Below are positions 49,082 to 57,251 of a stretch of 64,000 nt of DNA, piece after piece (within the stretch, counting starts at the first letter, position 1; each line of letters opens with the position of its first letter). The position numbers and the translations under genes are program-made. The notes under the pieces were generated by a model, which had not been told where the DNA came from, searched no databases, and saw nothing but the letters and a program-made list of their open reading frames with translations. This DNA comes from an uncultured virus (IMG/VR IMGVR_UViG_3300028048_002585) (taxonomy: Duplodnaviria; Heunggongvirae; Uroviricota; Caudoviricetes), in the IMG/VR virus record IMGVR_UViG_3300028048_002585. One strand, written 5' to 3'.

Positions 49082-49171
49082 TTCGTTTCCTCCTTCATGG
49101 TGTCAATTATTCTATATATATTATGTATAAATATGGAGGGAACAAAAAAAACTACATATGGGGATTTACTA

Positions 49172-49200
49172 TTGACTTATACGTCAAGTGGTATTACGAT
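49172..49200 (+). promoter_or_regulatory. Class-2 promoter TTGACT-TATACGTCAA..-TACGAT
   Basis: 17-bp spacer; contains the palindrome TTGAC-N6-GTCAA. Confidence 0.7.
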
Positions 49201-49206
49201 AAAATC

Positions 49207-49423
49207 GTAAGGACTGGCAAGTCTTACATCACCCGTAAATTTAAAGTGTAGAAGGCATTTGCCTGATACGAGAGTGCGAATCTCTCCGGGTGAATTGGAA
49301 TTAGGTAGAATTTGGAATGCTGATCTGTATCGGCATGTTTCCTCCTTTCTACCCAATGTCAATAAATTTCTGGCAGGCTGGAAAGACAGCCGATCCCCAT
49401 AGAATTTCTATGGGGATTTTTTT
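49207..49423 (+). ncRNA. Putative ~215-nt structured sRNA with tRNA-like domain and leader-antisense segment
   Basis: Bounded by a promoter and the strong terminator ATCCCCATAGA/TCTATGGGGAT-T7; consecutive hairpins; no convincing + strand ORF. Confidence 0.65.
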
Positions 49424-49509
49424 ATTCCGTTCGGAGTATTGCGGGTTCGATTCCTGCAGGCGAGATTATGGAGCTGTGCTCTAATTTTTTACAAGGAGGC
49501 CAGAATGTT

Positions 49510-49791
49510 ATGGCATATACGAAAAAGGAACTCGTTGAAAAGGTTGCTTCCAAGGCTGAAGCATCAAAGAAGGTTACTGAAGATGTAATAGGCGCTCTGT
49601 TTGAGGTTATTACAGAAGCACTGGTTGAAGGTGAGTCAGTCAGCATCCCGAAATTTGGAACGTTTTCCCAGTCTGAGCGTGCTGCGAGAACAGGTGTCAA
49701 TCCTTCCACAAAGGAAAAGATTGAGATCAAGGCCTGTAAGACTGCAAAGTGGAAGGCTTCAAAAAATGTAAAAGATGCTCTTAACGGATGA
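49510..49791 (+). CDS. hup: HU family DNA-binding protein
   Basis: TKKELVEKVA, FGTF, RAARTGVNPST, KWKASK. Confidence 0.95.
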   Translation: MAYTKKELVEKVASKAEASKKVTEDVIGALFEVITEALVEGESVSIPKFGTFSQSERAARTGVNPSTKEKIEIKACKTAKWKASKNVKDALNG

Positions 49792-49849
49792 GTGTATCCC
49801 GATGCCTGCCTTCGGGCAGGCAGGGATGTCTGGAAAAGGGGGTGGAATT

Positions 49850-50632
49850 ATGTATGATAATCTTTGTAAAAAAATAGTAAAGTTGATGAATCTCAACAGA
49901 TATCTTTCCAAACAGGAACAGCGGTTCGTTGTTGAATGGAAGGAAAGACTAGATATGAAGGATGAAATTATTCTTGAGGCCGTTAAAAGAGCTGTAAACT
50001 ACAAGAAAGCTCGTGCAAGTTTTCCTTATATAAATGCGGTTCTTGAAAACTGGGCAGAGAAGAATGTTGGCAGTTTTACTGACATAATGAAGCTTGATGA
50101 TGAGTACAGAAAAAAGAAAGAAGAAAAAAGTTCTTCCGAGAATAAGAATGATGCTATTCTTGCAGGAACAGGAGTAGGGAAGAATTATCATTCTGTTCAG
50201 CTCAATATAGCTGTTGAAAGAATAAGAGATACAGCAAAGCTTCCAACAAGAGGTAGTGAGTATGCGGCAGGTTATGACCTGTATGCAGATATAGATAAAG
50301 AAATAGATATAGAGCCACACGAGGTTGTAAAGATTGGAACAGGCCTTAAGATAGCTGTGCCGGAAGGATATTTCGGGGCAATATTTGCCCGGAGCGGTCT
50401 TGCGACTAAAGAACAGCTTGCTCCTGCAAACTGTGTGGGAGTCTGTGATAGTGATTACAGAGGAGAGTATATTATAGCTTTACAGAATAATGGAAATGTG
50501 AAAAGGACAGTTAAGCCCGGAGAAAGAATAGCGCAGCTTGTAATTATGCCATTCCTTCAAGTCGGTTTTGTAGAGGGAAAGCTTGATGAGACAGTAAGAG
50601 GCGAAGGTGGCTTTGGCAGTACAGGGAAGTAG
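49850..50632 (+). CDS. dut: DnaD-domain / dUTPase fusion
   Basis: N-terminal IILEAVKRA..FPYINAVLENW; five dUTPase motifs AAGYDL, RSGLA, DSDYRGE, GERIAQ, RGEGGFGSTG. Confidence 0.85.
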   Translation: MYDNLCKKIVKLMNLNRYLSKQEQRFVVEWKERLDMKDEIILEAVKRAVNYKKARASFPYINAVLENWAEKNVGSFTDIMKLDDEYRKKKEEKSSSENKNDAILAGTGVGKNYHSVQLNIAVERIRDTAKLPTRGSEYAAGYDLYADIDKEIDIEPHEVVKIGTGLKIAVPEGYFGAIFARSGLATKEQLAPANCVGVCDSDYRGEYIIALQNNGNVKRTVKPGERIAQLVIMPFLQVGFVEGKLDETVRGEGGFGSTGK

Positions 50633-50635
50633 GTA

Positions 50636-50869
50636 GTGTTTTTGATCAGAATAGAATCATGTCCGATATGTGGCAGTAATAATATAGATACAGTGGTACA
50701 GACAGGTAGCAGGGACAAGGATAAATTAAAAAGATTCAGATCCTGGGCTTTCTGTAGGGAATGTAAGCATCGTTCAATGATCTCTTCAGGAATCTTTGAG
50801 TCTGAAGAAGAGGCGAGAAGAACAGCGATCCGATTGTGGAATGAAGCCTGCAGGTCGAAACTTGGATAA
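50636..50869 (+). CDS. Lar-like restriction-alleviation zinc-ribbon protein
   Basis: CPICG..CREC..EEEA..AIRLWN. Confidence 0.6.
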   Translation: MFLIRIESCPICGSNNIDTVVQTGSRDKDKLKRFRSWAFCRECKHRSMISSGIFESEEEARRTAIRLWNEACRSKLG

Positions 50870-50885
50870 TCAGGGAGAGAAAAAA

Positions 50886-51266
50886 ATGCCTGGACAAGAA
50901 ATGATTGTCAGAGAAAATCCTAACAGCTTTTACAGGGAAACACCCTGCTCAGTCGTTGCTGTGGGGACTGCACTTAATATGCAGGGGAGAAATCTCAAAA
51001 TTTCAGACATACCTGATAATCTGAAAAATGATGGGTATCTAACTCTCAGGGATATGAACAGATTTGTACGATCTCATCTTGATGTCAGAAAAAGAGAAGA
51101 CTTTAAGAGGGGAGAGAGGAAGAAACTCTGGGTGATGATTTCAGATAATAAGGAAAAAGCAATAATATGTGTCCTTGGACATTATATATATGTGGAAGGT
51201 AATACATATTATTCGTTCTTCGATAATGCGTATGATGATGTTGTTACCGTGTGGTGGCTGAAATAG
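50886..51266 (+). CDS. Hypothetical protein
   Basis: ORF with GGAG RBS. Confidence 0.65.
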   Translation: MPGQEMIVRENPNSFYRETPCSVVAVGTALNMQGRNLKISDIPDNLKNDGYLTLRDMNRFVRSHLDVRKREDFKRGERKKLWVMISDNKEKAIICVLGHYIYVEGNTYYSFFDNAYDDVVTVWWLK

Positions 51267-51390
51267 GTAAAAGGTCACACCAGAATTAAACAATATCCTT
51301 GATTAAGACGAGAACTCTAAATTCTGTCCATAATTATGAGACAGAATATGACATCTCGGATAATGTCGATTCGATGTTACTGTTTTAAGA

Positions 51391-51433
51391 GGCTGATTTG
51401 GCAGCCTAATGGTGAGGCAGGTTATCTTTAGCG
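51391..51433 (+). repeat. 43-bp direct repeat, copy 1
   Basis: GGCTGATTTGGCAGCCTAATGGTGAGGCAGGTTATCTTTAGCG. Confidence 0.85.
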
Positions 51434-51588
51434 ATATCCGTAACGCATTCACTAAGCCTTTGTAAGTTTTAAGATTCCCAAAACTTAATAGGTGTAAATT
51501 TGAGGTTTTGAAACCCTATGAATTTACACGGGTACCATGAAAATAAGTGATGTTTTAAAAATATTATGGAAAGCGTTTATTTATATTT

Positions 51589-53664
51589 ATGACATTTGAT
51601 GAATTTGCAGAAAAATATAATATATTGTTAAATGAGCAACAGAAGGAGGCGGCACAGACTGTTGATGGTCCATGCCTTCTTTTAGCGGTTCCCGGGAGCG
51701 GGAAAACAACTGTTCTGGTTACAAGGCTCGGATATATGATATATGGATGCGGTATAGCTCCGGAAAGCATTCTTACACTTACATATACTGTTTCTGCAAC
51801 GAAAGATATGTCGGAAAGATATGTTAAGATATTCGGAAATGAGCATGAAAGACAGCTTGAATTCAGGACTATAAATGGAGTATGTGCCCGTATTCTTATC
51901 TGGTACAGTAGTCGTATAGGTCGATCCAGTTTTGATCTTGAATCCGATGAGGGACAGAAGATAAAAAGAATAACTCGGATTTATCAGGATTTAACACATC
52001 AATATCCTGCCGAAAGTGATATTCAGGAGATATCGACGTATATAACATATATAAAGAATATGATGCTTGAAGATGAGGAGATTGATAAGCTCGGAAATGA
52101 TTGCGAGTATCCGCTCCGCGATATATATAATGCGTATAACCGAAGTCTGAAAACAGATCAGATGATGGATTATGATGATCAGATGATATATGCATATAAG
52201 ATACTGATGTCTGATCCTGTAGCATTGGATTATTTTAGAAACAAATATCGTTACATCTGTGTAGATGAAGCACAGGACACATCTAAGATACAGCACGCCA
52301 TAATCTCACTGCTTGCGGGTAAGAACGGCAATCTGTTTATGGTGGGCGATGAAGACCAGTCTATATATGGATTCCGTGCAGCTTTTCCTGAAGCTCTTCT
52401 TTCTTTTGAAGATGAACATCCGGGAGCTAAAATACTTCTCATGGAAGAGAATTTCAGATCTAATGCTAATATTGTTAGTGCAGCGGACGCTTTTATTCAG
52501 AAAAACACCATGAGACATAAGAAGACTTTGCGTGCGCATAGAGAGAGTGGCTCAACAATAGAAGAGATAAAAGTTAATGATAGATATGGTCAGCACAAAT
52601 ATTTGCTTGAAGTTGCAAGAAATTGTACCGAAGAGACAGCGGTATTATATAGAGACAATGAAAGTGTAATTCCTTTTATTGATCTTCTTGATAGAGAGGG
52701 TATTTCTTTTCGTGTAAGAAATGAAGAGCTTTCTTTCTTTTCTAACAAAGTAGTTCAGGATATAGTTTCGATCTTGAAGTTTGCTCTTGATCAGCGTGAT
52801 GCTGAAAGCTTTTTGAAGATATATTATAAGCTTGGAATATACATGACAAAAGAAGATGCGTTTAGACTTGTTAATATGGCCAACGGAAGCAGTATTACGG
52901 ATGTTGGCCGAAAATGTAAATTTATGAATAAAAATTCATTCCAGAATTTCATTGATTTCTGTAACGATATAAATCATCTTAAAACAGTATCCCCGGTTTA
53001 TGCTATTGGCTATATAGAAAATAATATGGGTTATGGAAGATATCTTCATGGCAGGCATATAAGCTCGGGCAAACTGGAAATACTCAGGATGATATTCAGA
53101 AATGTTTCTCGTCTGGATGATGCCCTGACAAGGTTGGATGAATTGAAGACTATAATTACTAATAACTTCTATGATAATGATTGCAAGCTTGTCCTCTCAA
53201 CAATACATAGTAGTAAGGGACTTGAGTATAAAAATGTATATATCATTGATGTCATAGACGGAGTTTTTCCTGATAAGACATATGATAATGTCTATCAGCT
53301 CAGTAAAGATGAAAGGGCTGTTTATGAAGAAGCAAGAAGAGTTTTTTACGTAGGGATAACACGAGCTAAAGATAATCTTTTCTTATTCAGGACAGGGGCT
53401 GCTGCTACATTTATTAATGAAACTCATAAACAGATACACAGGAGCATAGATTTTAATGCTCATAAGAAAAATAAGGATATAGAGGATTTTGCAATCTATT
53501 GTGACAGATTTAAAGAAGGCGGTGATGTTAAGCATTTTAAATACGGTATCGGTGTAATAGTTGCTGTGAAAGCACCTATAGTGGAAATAAAGTTCAAGAA
53601 AGATATAAAGAAATGTGATATGAAAATTCTATATGAAAGCAATGCAATAAAATTTATATTATGA
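51589..53664 (+). CDS. UvrD/PcrA-family DNA helicase
   Basis: AVPGSGKTT, VDEAQD, GDEDQSIY, NFRS, STIHSSKGLE, RRVFYVGITRA. Confidence 0.92.
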   Translation: MTFDEFAEKYNILLNEQQKEAAQTVDGPCLLLAVPGSGKTTVLVTRLGYMIYGCGIAPESILTLTYTVSATKDMSERYVKIFGNEHERQLEFRTINGVCARILIWYSSRIGRSSFDLESDEGQKIKRITRIYQDLTHQYPAESDIQEISTYITYIKNMMLEDEEIDKLGNDCEYPLRDIYNAYNRSLKTDQMMDYDDQMIYAYKILMSDPVALDYFRNKYRYICVDEAQDTSKIQHAIISLLAGKNGNLFMVGDEDQSIYGFRAAFPEALLSFEDEHPGAKILLMEENFRSNANIVSAADAFIQKNTMRHKKTLRAHRESGSTIEEIKVNDRYGQHKYLLEVARNCTEETAVLYRDNESVIPFIDLLDREGISFRVRNEELSFFSNKVVQDIVSILKFALDQRDAESFLKIYYKLGIYMTKEDAFRLVNMANGSSITDVGRKCKFMNKNSFQNFIDFCNDINHLKTVSPVYAIGYIENNMGYGRYLHGRHISSGKLEILRMIFRNVSRLDDALTRLDELKTIITNNFYDNDCKLVLSTIHSSKGLEYKNVYIIDVIDGVFPDKTYDNVYQLSKDERAVYEEARRVFYVGITRAKDNLFLFRTGAAATFINETHKQIHRSIDFNAHKKNKDIEDFAIYCDRFKEGGDVKHFKYGIGVIVAVKAPIVEIKFKKDIKKCDMKILYESNAIKFIL

Positions 53665-53675
53665 TATATAATGTG

Positions 53676-53719
53676 GGCTGATTTGGCAGTCTAATGGTGA
53701 GGCAGGGTTATCTTTAGCG
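53676..53719 (+). repeat. Direct repeat, copy 2 (44 bp)
   Basis: One substitution and one inserted G relative to copy 1. Confidence 0.85.
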
Positions 53720-53806
53720 TATTCAAGCCAATGTTGACATATGCGTTCAGTATACTATATAATAGTTCCATAAATTAAATAAACGAACTTTTATGGAGAT
53801 TTATAT

Positions 53807-54652
53807 ATGGCAAAACGATTTCTTACTCCAACTGAACAGGAAAAAATATTTAGGGCTTATTCTATGAATTTCGAAGGGGAATTTCATAGGATGAGTCCTT
53901 ATTGTTTTGGCACGCAATATGGTTACACAATCAATATGTGCCCAGAACTCAATGAAAAAGGGAAAGAGACAGGAAGGATACTTGTAAATCATTATTCTAC
54001 AGATGGAATTCCTAAGTTTGTAGATATCTGGGAGAGAGAGGGAAAAGAGCTGCATTTCAAATATAGGAATCTTAACTCAGCTCCAGTAGGATCTGTAGAA
54101 GATGAGAATGAGGCTCTTAAGGCTCAGATTGAGGCTTTTAAAAGACTTGAAATGTATAGAGCTGCCATGTCTGGTAAGCTTCAAGGTAAGAAACTTAGGG
54201 AATATTGTGAGACAGTAACAGAACAAAGAGACTCCTTTATGGATATGTATAACAAATTCGTTTTGAGAATGCAGGCGTATAAGAGGGAAAAAGACGAGTA
54301 TTTTCACCAGTCAGATGAATGTTTGAGGCTTTCATTGGAGAGGGATGAATTGGCAAAGGGAAAGAAAAAGGCAGAAAAAGAGATAGCGAGATTAAAAGAA
54401 AGCTTGAGAAGAACAACGGAAGAACTCCTTAAAGTATCTAAAGATCCTGACAGACCCGTTTCTACTGAACTGATACATAACGCAAGGGGAGCAGGAAGGA
54501 AGAAGATATCAAAAGAAAAAGTAGAAGAAATGCGAAACAGGATCCTTAAGATGAAGGAAGATGGTATGACGAACAGTGAGATCATGAAAAAGCTTGGTAT
54601 TGGGAAGACAACTCTGTATAGATATTATAATAGTGATAGTACTGAAAATTAA
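53807..54652 (+). CDS. Coiled-coil protein with C-terminal HTH
   Basis: RGAGRK..GMTNSEIMKKLGIGKTTLYRY; upstream TTGACA-18-TATAAT (53734-53763). Confidence 0.7.
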   Translation: MAKRFLTPTEQEKIFRAYSMNFEGEFHRMSPYCFGTQYGYTINMCPELNEKGKETGRILVNHYSTDGIPKFVDIWEREGKELHFKYRNLNSAPVGSVEDENEALKAQIEAFKRLEMYRAAMSGKLQGKKLREYCETVTEQRDSFMDMYNKFVLRMQAYKREKDEYFHQSDECLRLSLERDELAKGKKKAEKEIARLKESLRRTTEELLKVSKDPDRPVSTELIHNARGAGRKKISKEKVEEMRNRILKMKEDGMTNSEIMKKLGIGKTTLYRYYNSDSTEN

Positions 54653-54785
54653 TAAGTGGCACCAAGTTGGGTGGAATACGGGACAGCTTTATGGAGTAGA
54701 ATACAATCAGATCAGACCTAACCAGATAAGATAAGTGTATAGGAAGCGTAATGGAAGAGCCAAAACTGATTGGAGGGTATGGCGT

Positions 54786-56018
54786 ATGGGATTAGAACAA
54801 GAATATAAAATTACAGATAAAATTATTATTTCAGATGTACAGAAGTTTATAGATCAGGCATGTGAACGCACCAAGCAGAATGTCGAGATTGATAGAATAA
54901 AAGAGTTTATTATGACGGAAAAAGGGACAATCTACTACTTTGGTAACGATATGGTTTTAAGAGAGGATCCTAATAGCACATATATAACCAAATGTTTTAT
55001 AGATACTGGCCTTTTGGATACGGAGTGTAAACCTCTTTTTCTAACATTGTTAAAAGAAGGTAACGAGTTTCGTGGATATTTTATCATGACTGTAAACTAT
55101 ATGTTTAATACATATAGTGCGAAATATTTTCAGGGCAATATATCGAAGCTCCGGGATAAAGAAAACCAATTCTATCTTATATACAATAAAAATAAAAGTG
55201 AAAGAGAAAATAAATTTATTGAGTTTGAGAACAGTGAAACAAATGCAAAGCAAGATACAGTTAAGGAAGAACCCGAAATAAGCCCTGTCACGAGAAGAGT
55301 TTCCGGTATGATAGATTCTAATGATTTTGCGTCTGTAAAAGGTCTTGATTCTCATATCAAGGTAATTGGTTCAAAAATCAAGTATGTTATAGATAACAAA
55401 CTGACGGCGTACTATATACAGAATGACCTCAACGATGTGATTGTCAACATTGGTCTGAGGGATAAATTTGGAAACAGTATCCTTCTTATGTACAGGTATC
55501 ATGTCAAATATGCAATATTCTACCCTGAAGAAATCATCACATCAAAGGAAAAAGCAGTATCATGCAATTTCAGGAAAGAGCAGCTTACAAGTCTTGACCT
55601 TGCACCTATTTCTTTCATTATAATAGATGGAGAAGCGGGACATGTATCAGATGATATAGCTGACTACGATATTTCCTATGAAGCTTTGGTACATATTATA
55701 TATGAAAGAAGAGACAGATTTCCGGCTGGAAGTGAAAACCTGACAGACAGAGATATAGCTATGAAGATAAGGACAGCTCTGGTAGACGGGGTTGAAAGGT
55801 GCAAGCTGGATAAGAGCTATGCTAAACCTATTTTCTCAAGTAAGAGAATGGAGATGGAGTGGGCTCTTCCTCTTAAGATATTCAGCAATGAAGAGCCAGA
55901 ACTTATACTCGTTATAAGAAAATGCGAAAATTTCTTTGCTGTAAAGACAGTTCTTCCGTATGATGAAGCTGTAAAAGACAGGATAAGAAGCTCATCAATG
56001 TATCAGAGCGACTGGTAA
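54786..56018 (+). CDS. DUF3825-like protein
   Basis: C-terminal AKPIF..WALPL..LILVI..KTVL pattern resembles DUF3825. Confidence 0.5.
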   Translation: MGLEQEYKITDKIIISDVQKFIDQACERTKQNVEIDRIKEFIMTEKGTIYYFGNDMVLREDPNSTYITKCFIDTGLLDTECKPLFLTLLKEGNEFRGYFIMTVNYMFNTYSAKYFQGNISKLRDKENQFYLIYNKNKSERENKFIEFENSETNAKQDTVKEEPEISPVTRRVSGMIDSNDFASVKGLDSHIKVIGSKIKYVIDNKLTAYYIQNDLNDVIVNIGLRDKFGNSILLMYRYHVKYAIFYPEEIITSKEKAVSCNFRKEQLTSLDLAPISFIIIDGEAGHVSDDIADYDISYEALVHIIYERRDRFPAGSENLTDRDIAMKIRTALVDGVERCKLDKSYAKPIFSSKRMEMEWALPLKIFSNEEPELILVIRKCENFFAVKTVLPYDEAVKDRIRSSSMYQSDW

Positions 56019-56049
56019 AAGAGGGTATTTTGTGTGAGAGGATTAAGAT

Positions 56050-56829
56050 TTGCAGCTAAAACCGATTGATAAAATTCAATATATACCATTCAGGCATTAC
56101 GAGGGCCGATTATACTATTTCTCTCCGGAAGGCATTGTAAAGAGATGTCGGGATCATGAATTACATCCTAAAGTAGAAGAGCTGTATCGGAATAATTATG
56201 AAAATGAATATTTGTACATAAGGAAAGAATATTCTTTTGAAGAATATGTAAAGCAGCAGATTGAATGGTTCCGGATGGATGAAGTAAGTTTTGTAGATTA
56301 TGATTATGACTACGAAAAGACTTCTTTACAACTCCGAAAAGCCGCTGCAAAGCTTAAACCCGGCGACACATATGAAGACTTTAAAAAATATATCGAAGAG
56401 AGTTGTGAATATTATAAGAACTTGTATGAGGTCATGAAAGAGAAGCAGGGCGTATATCATGACCGTGCAGAAGGTTTAGATAGGTTCATAGTGAAAATAT
56501 TAAGGCCGATCATCCTCCGTGAGCCGGAGAATACTAACCGTAAGACATTCGATATCATAAAGGTACAGATGGATATTATCACTCATTGGGATACGGACCG
56601 GACACAATATATAAAAGACAATAAGGAAGAAATAGTCAGGAAAGCTATAGAGAAGATAGCCCAGGATAGATATTTCAAATATTATGGAGTGAATGTAAAC
56701 GTACTGGCACTGACAAAGATGCTGAGGCTGAATGATAATATGATCGAGCTGATTTTTGAGCTGAAGAAAGACCTAAAAGATATTTTCAAAAAAGATGGTG
56801 ATAGAGAGATTGATGAGGACATCGATTAA
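56050..56829 (+). CDS. Hypothetical protein
   Basis: 259-aa ORF, TTG start with GAGG RBS. Confidence 0.7.
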   Translation: MQLKPIDKIQYIPFRHYEGRLYYFSPEGIVKRCRDHELHPKVEELYRNNYENEYLYIRKEYSFEEYVKQQIEWFRMDEVSFVDYDYDYEKTSLQLRKAAAKLKPGDTYEDFKKYIEESCEYYKNLYEVMKEKQGVYHDRAEGLDRFIVKILRPIILREPENTNRKTFDIIKVQMDIITHWDTDRTQYIKDNKEEIVRKAIEKIAQDRYFKYYGVNVNVLALTKMLRLNDNMIELIFELKKDLKDIFKKDGDREIDEDID

Positions 56830-56908
56830 GCATGGAGAAACCATAATGCCAGTGAATATCACGGAGAAATCAACGATATTTAGGGATATGATATTATAGT
56901 ACAGAGAT

Positions 56909-57154
56909 GTGCAGAATGTAGTTTTGATATTCGCAGTCATAGGAGCTTTGGCTGTTTTATATATTATTATCAAGATAATATGGCTAATATGTTCCGGAGG
57001 AGTAAAGCTTGAAGCTACACTTACAGATATGAAACAGGATAAGAAGATACGAGCGCAGGAAAAAGAGATTGAGCGCCTAAATAATGAGGTAGATAAATTA
57101 CAGGGGTTTGAGAAAGAGCTGGATGAAATAAAAAAGAAGATGGGCCAAAGATAG
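56909..57154 (+). CDS. Small TM-anchored coiled-coil protein
   Basis: N-terminal hydrophobic helix then coiled coil. Confidence 0.55.
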   Translation: MQNVVLIFAVIGALAVLYIIIKIIWLICSGGVKLEATLTDMKQDKKIRAQEKEIERLNNEVDKLQGFEKELDEIKKKMGQR

Positions 57155-57251
57155 ATTATTATTACTGAATATTATCCATAGGAAACAACTATTGTAGCAA
57201 TATGTTCTCGTTTTGCGTAATAGATTATATTAAAAAAAATGGAGTAAGTGT

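Noticed and set aside
6667..49151. TTATGTATAAA(T) read as the XerD arm of dif/pdif sites
   Set aside because: It resembles the XerD half-site, but there is no XerC-like inverted arm. The fixed orientation and distance to RBS/ATG fit a promoter better. Not fully excluded.
49229..49294. Functional tRNA gene
   Set aside because: No 5-bp stem / 7-nt loop anticodon arm and no CCA; kept only as tRNA-like.
49177..49362. 61-aa minus-strand ORF and an 11-codon ORF after AAGGAGG at 49336
   Set aside because: No class-1 promoter core upstream, and the + strand has a promoter, terminator and structure; the ncRNA reading is preferred, although a micropeptide cannot be excluded.
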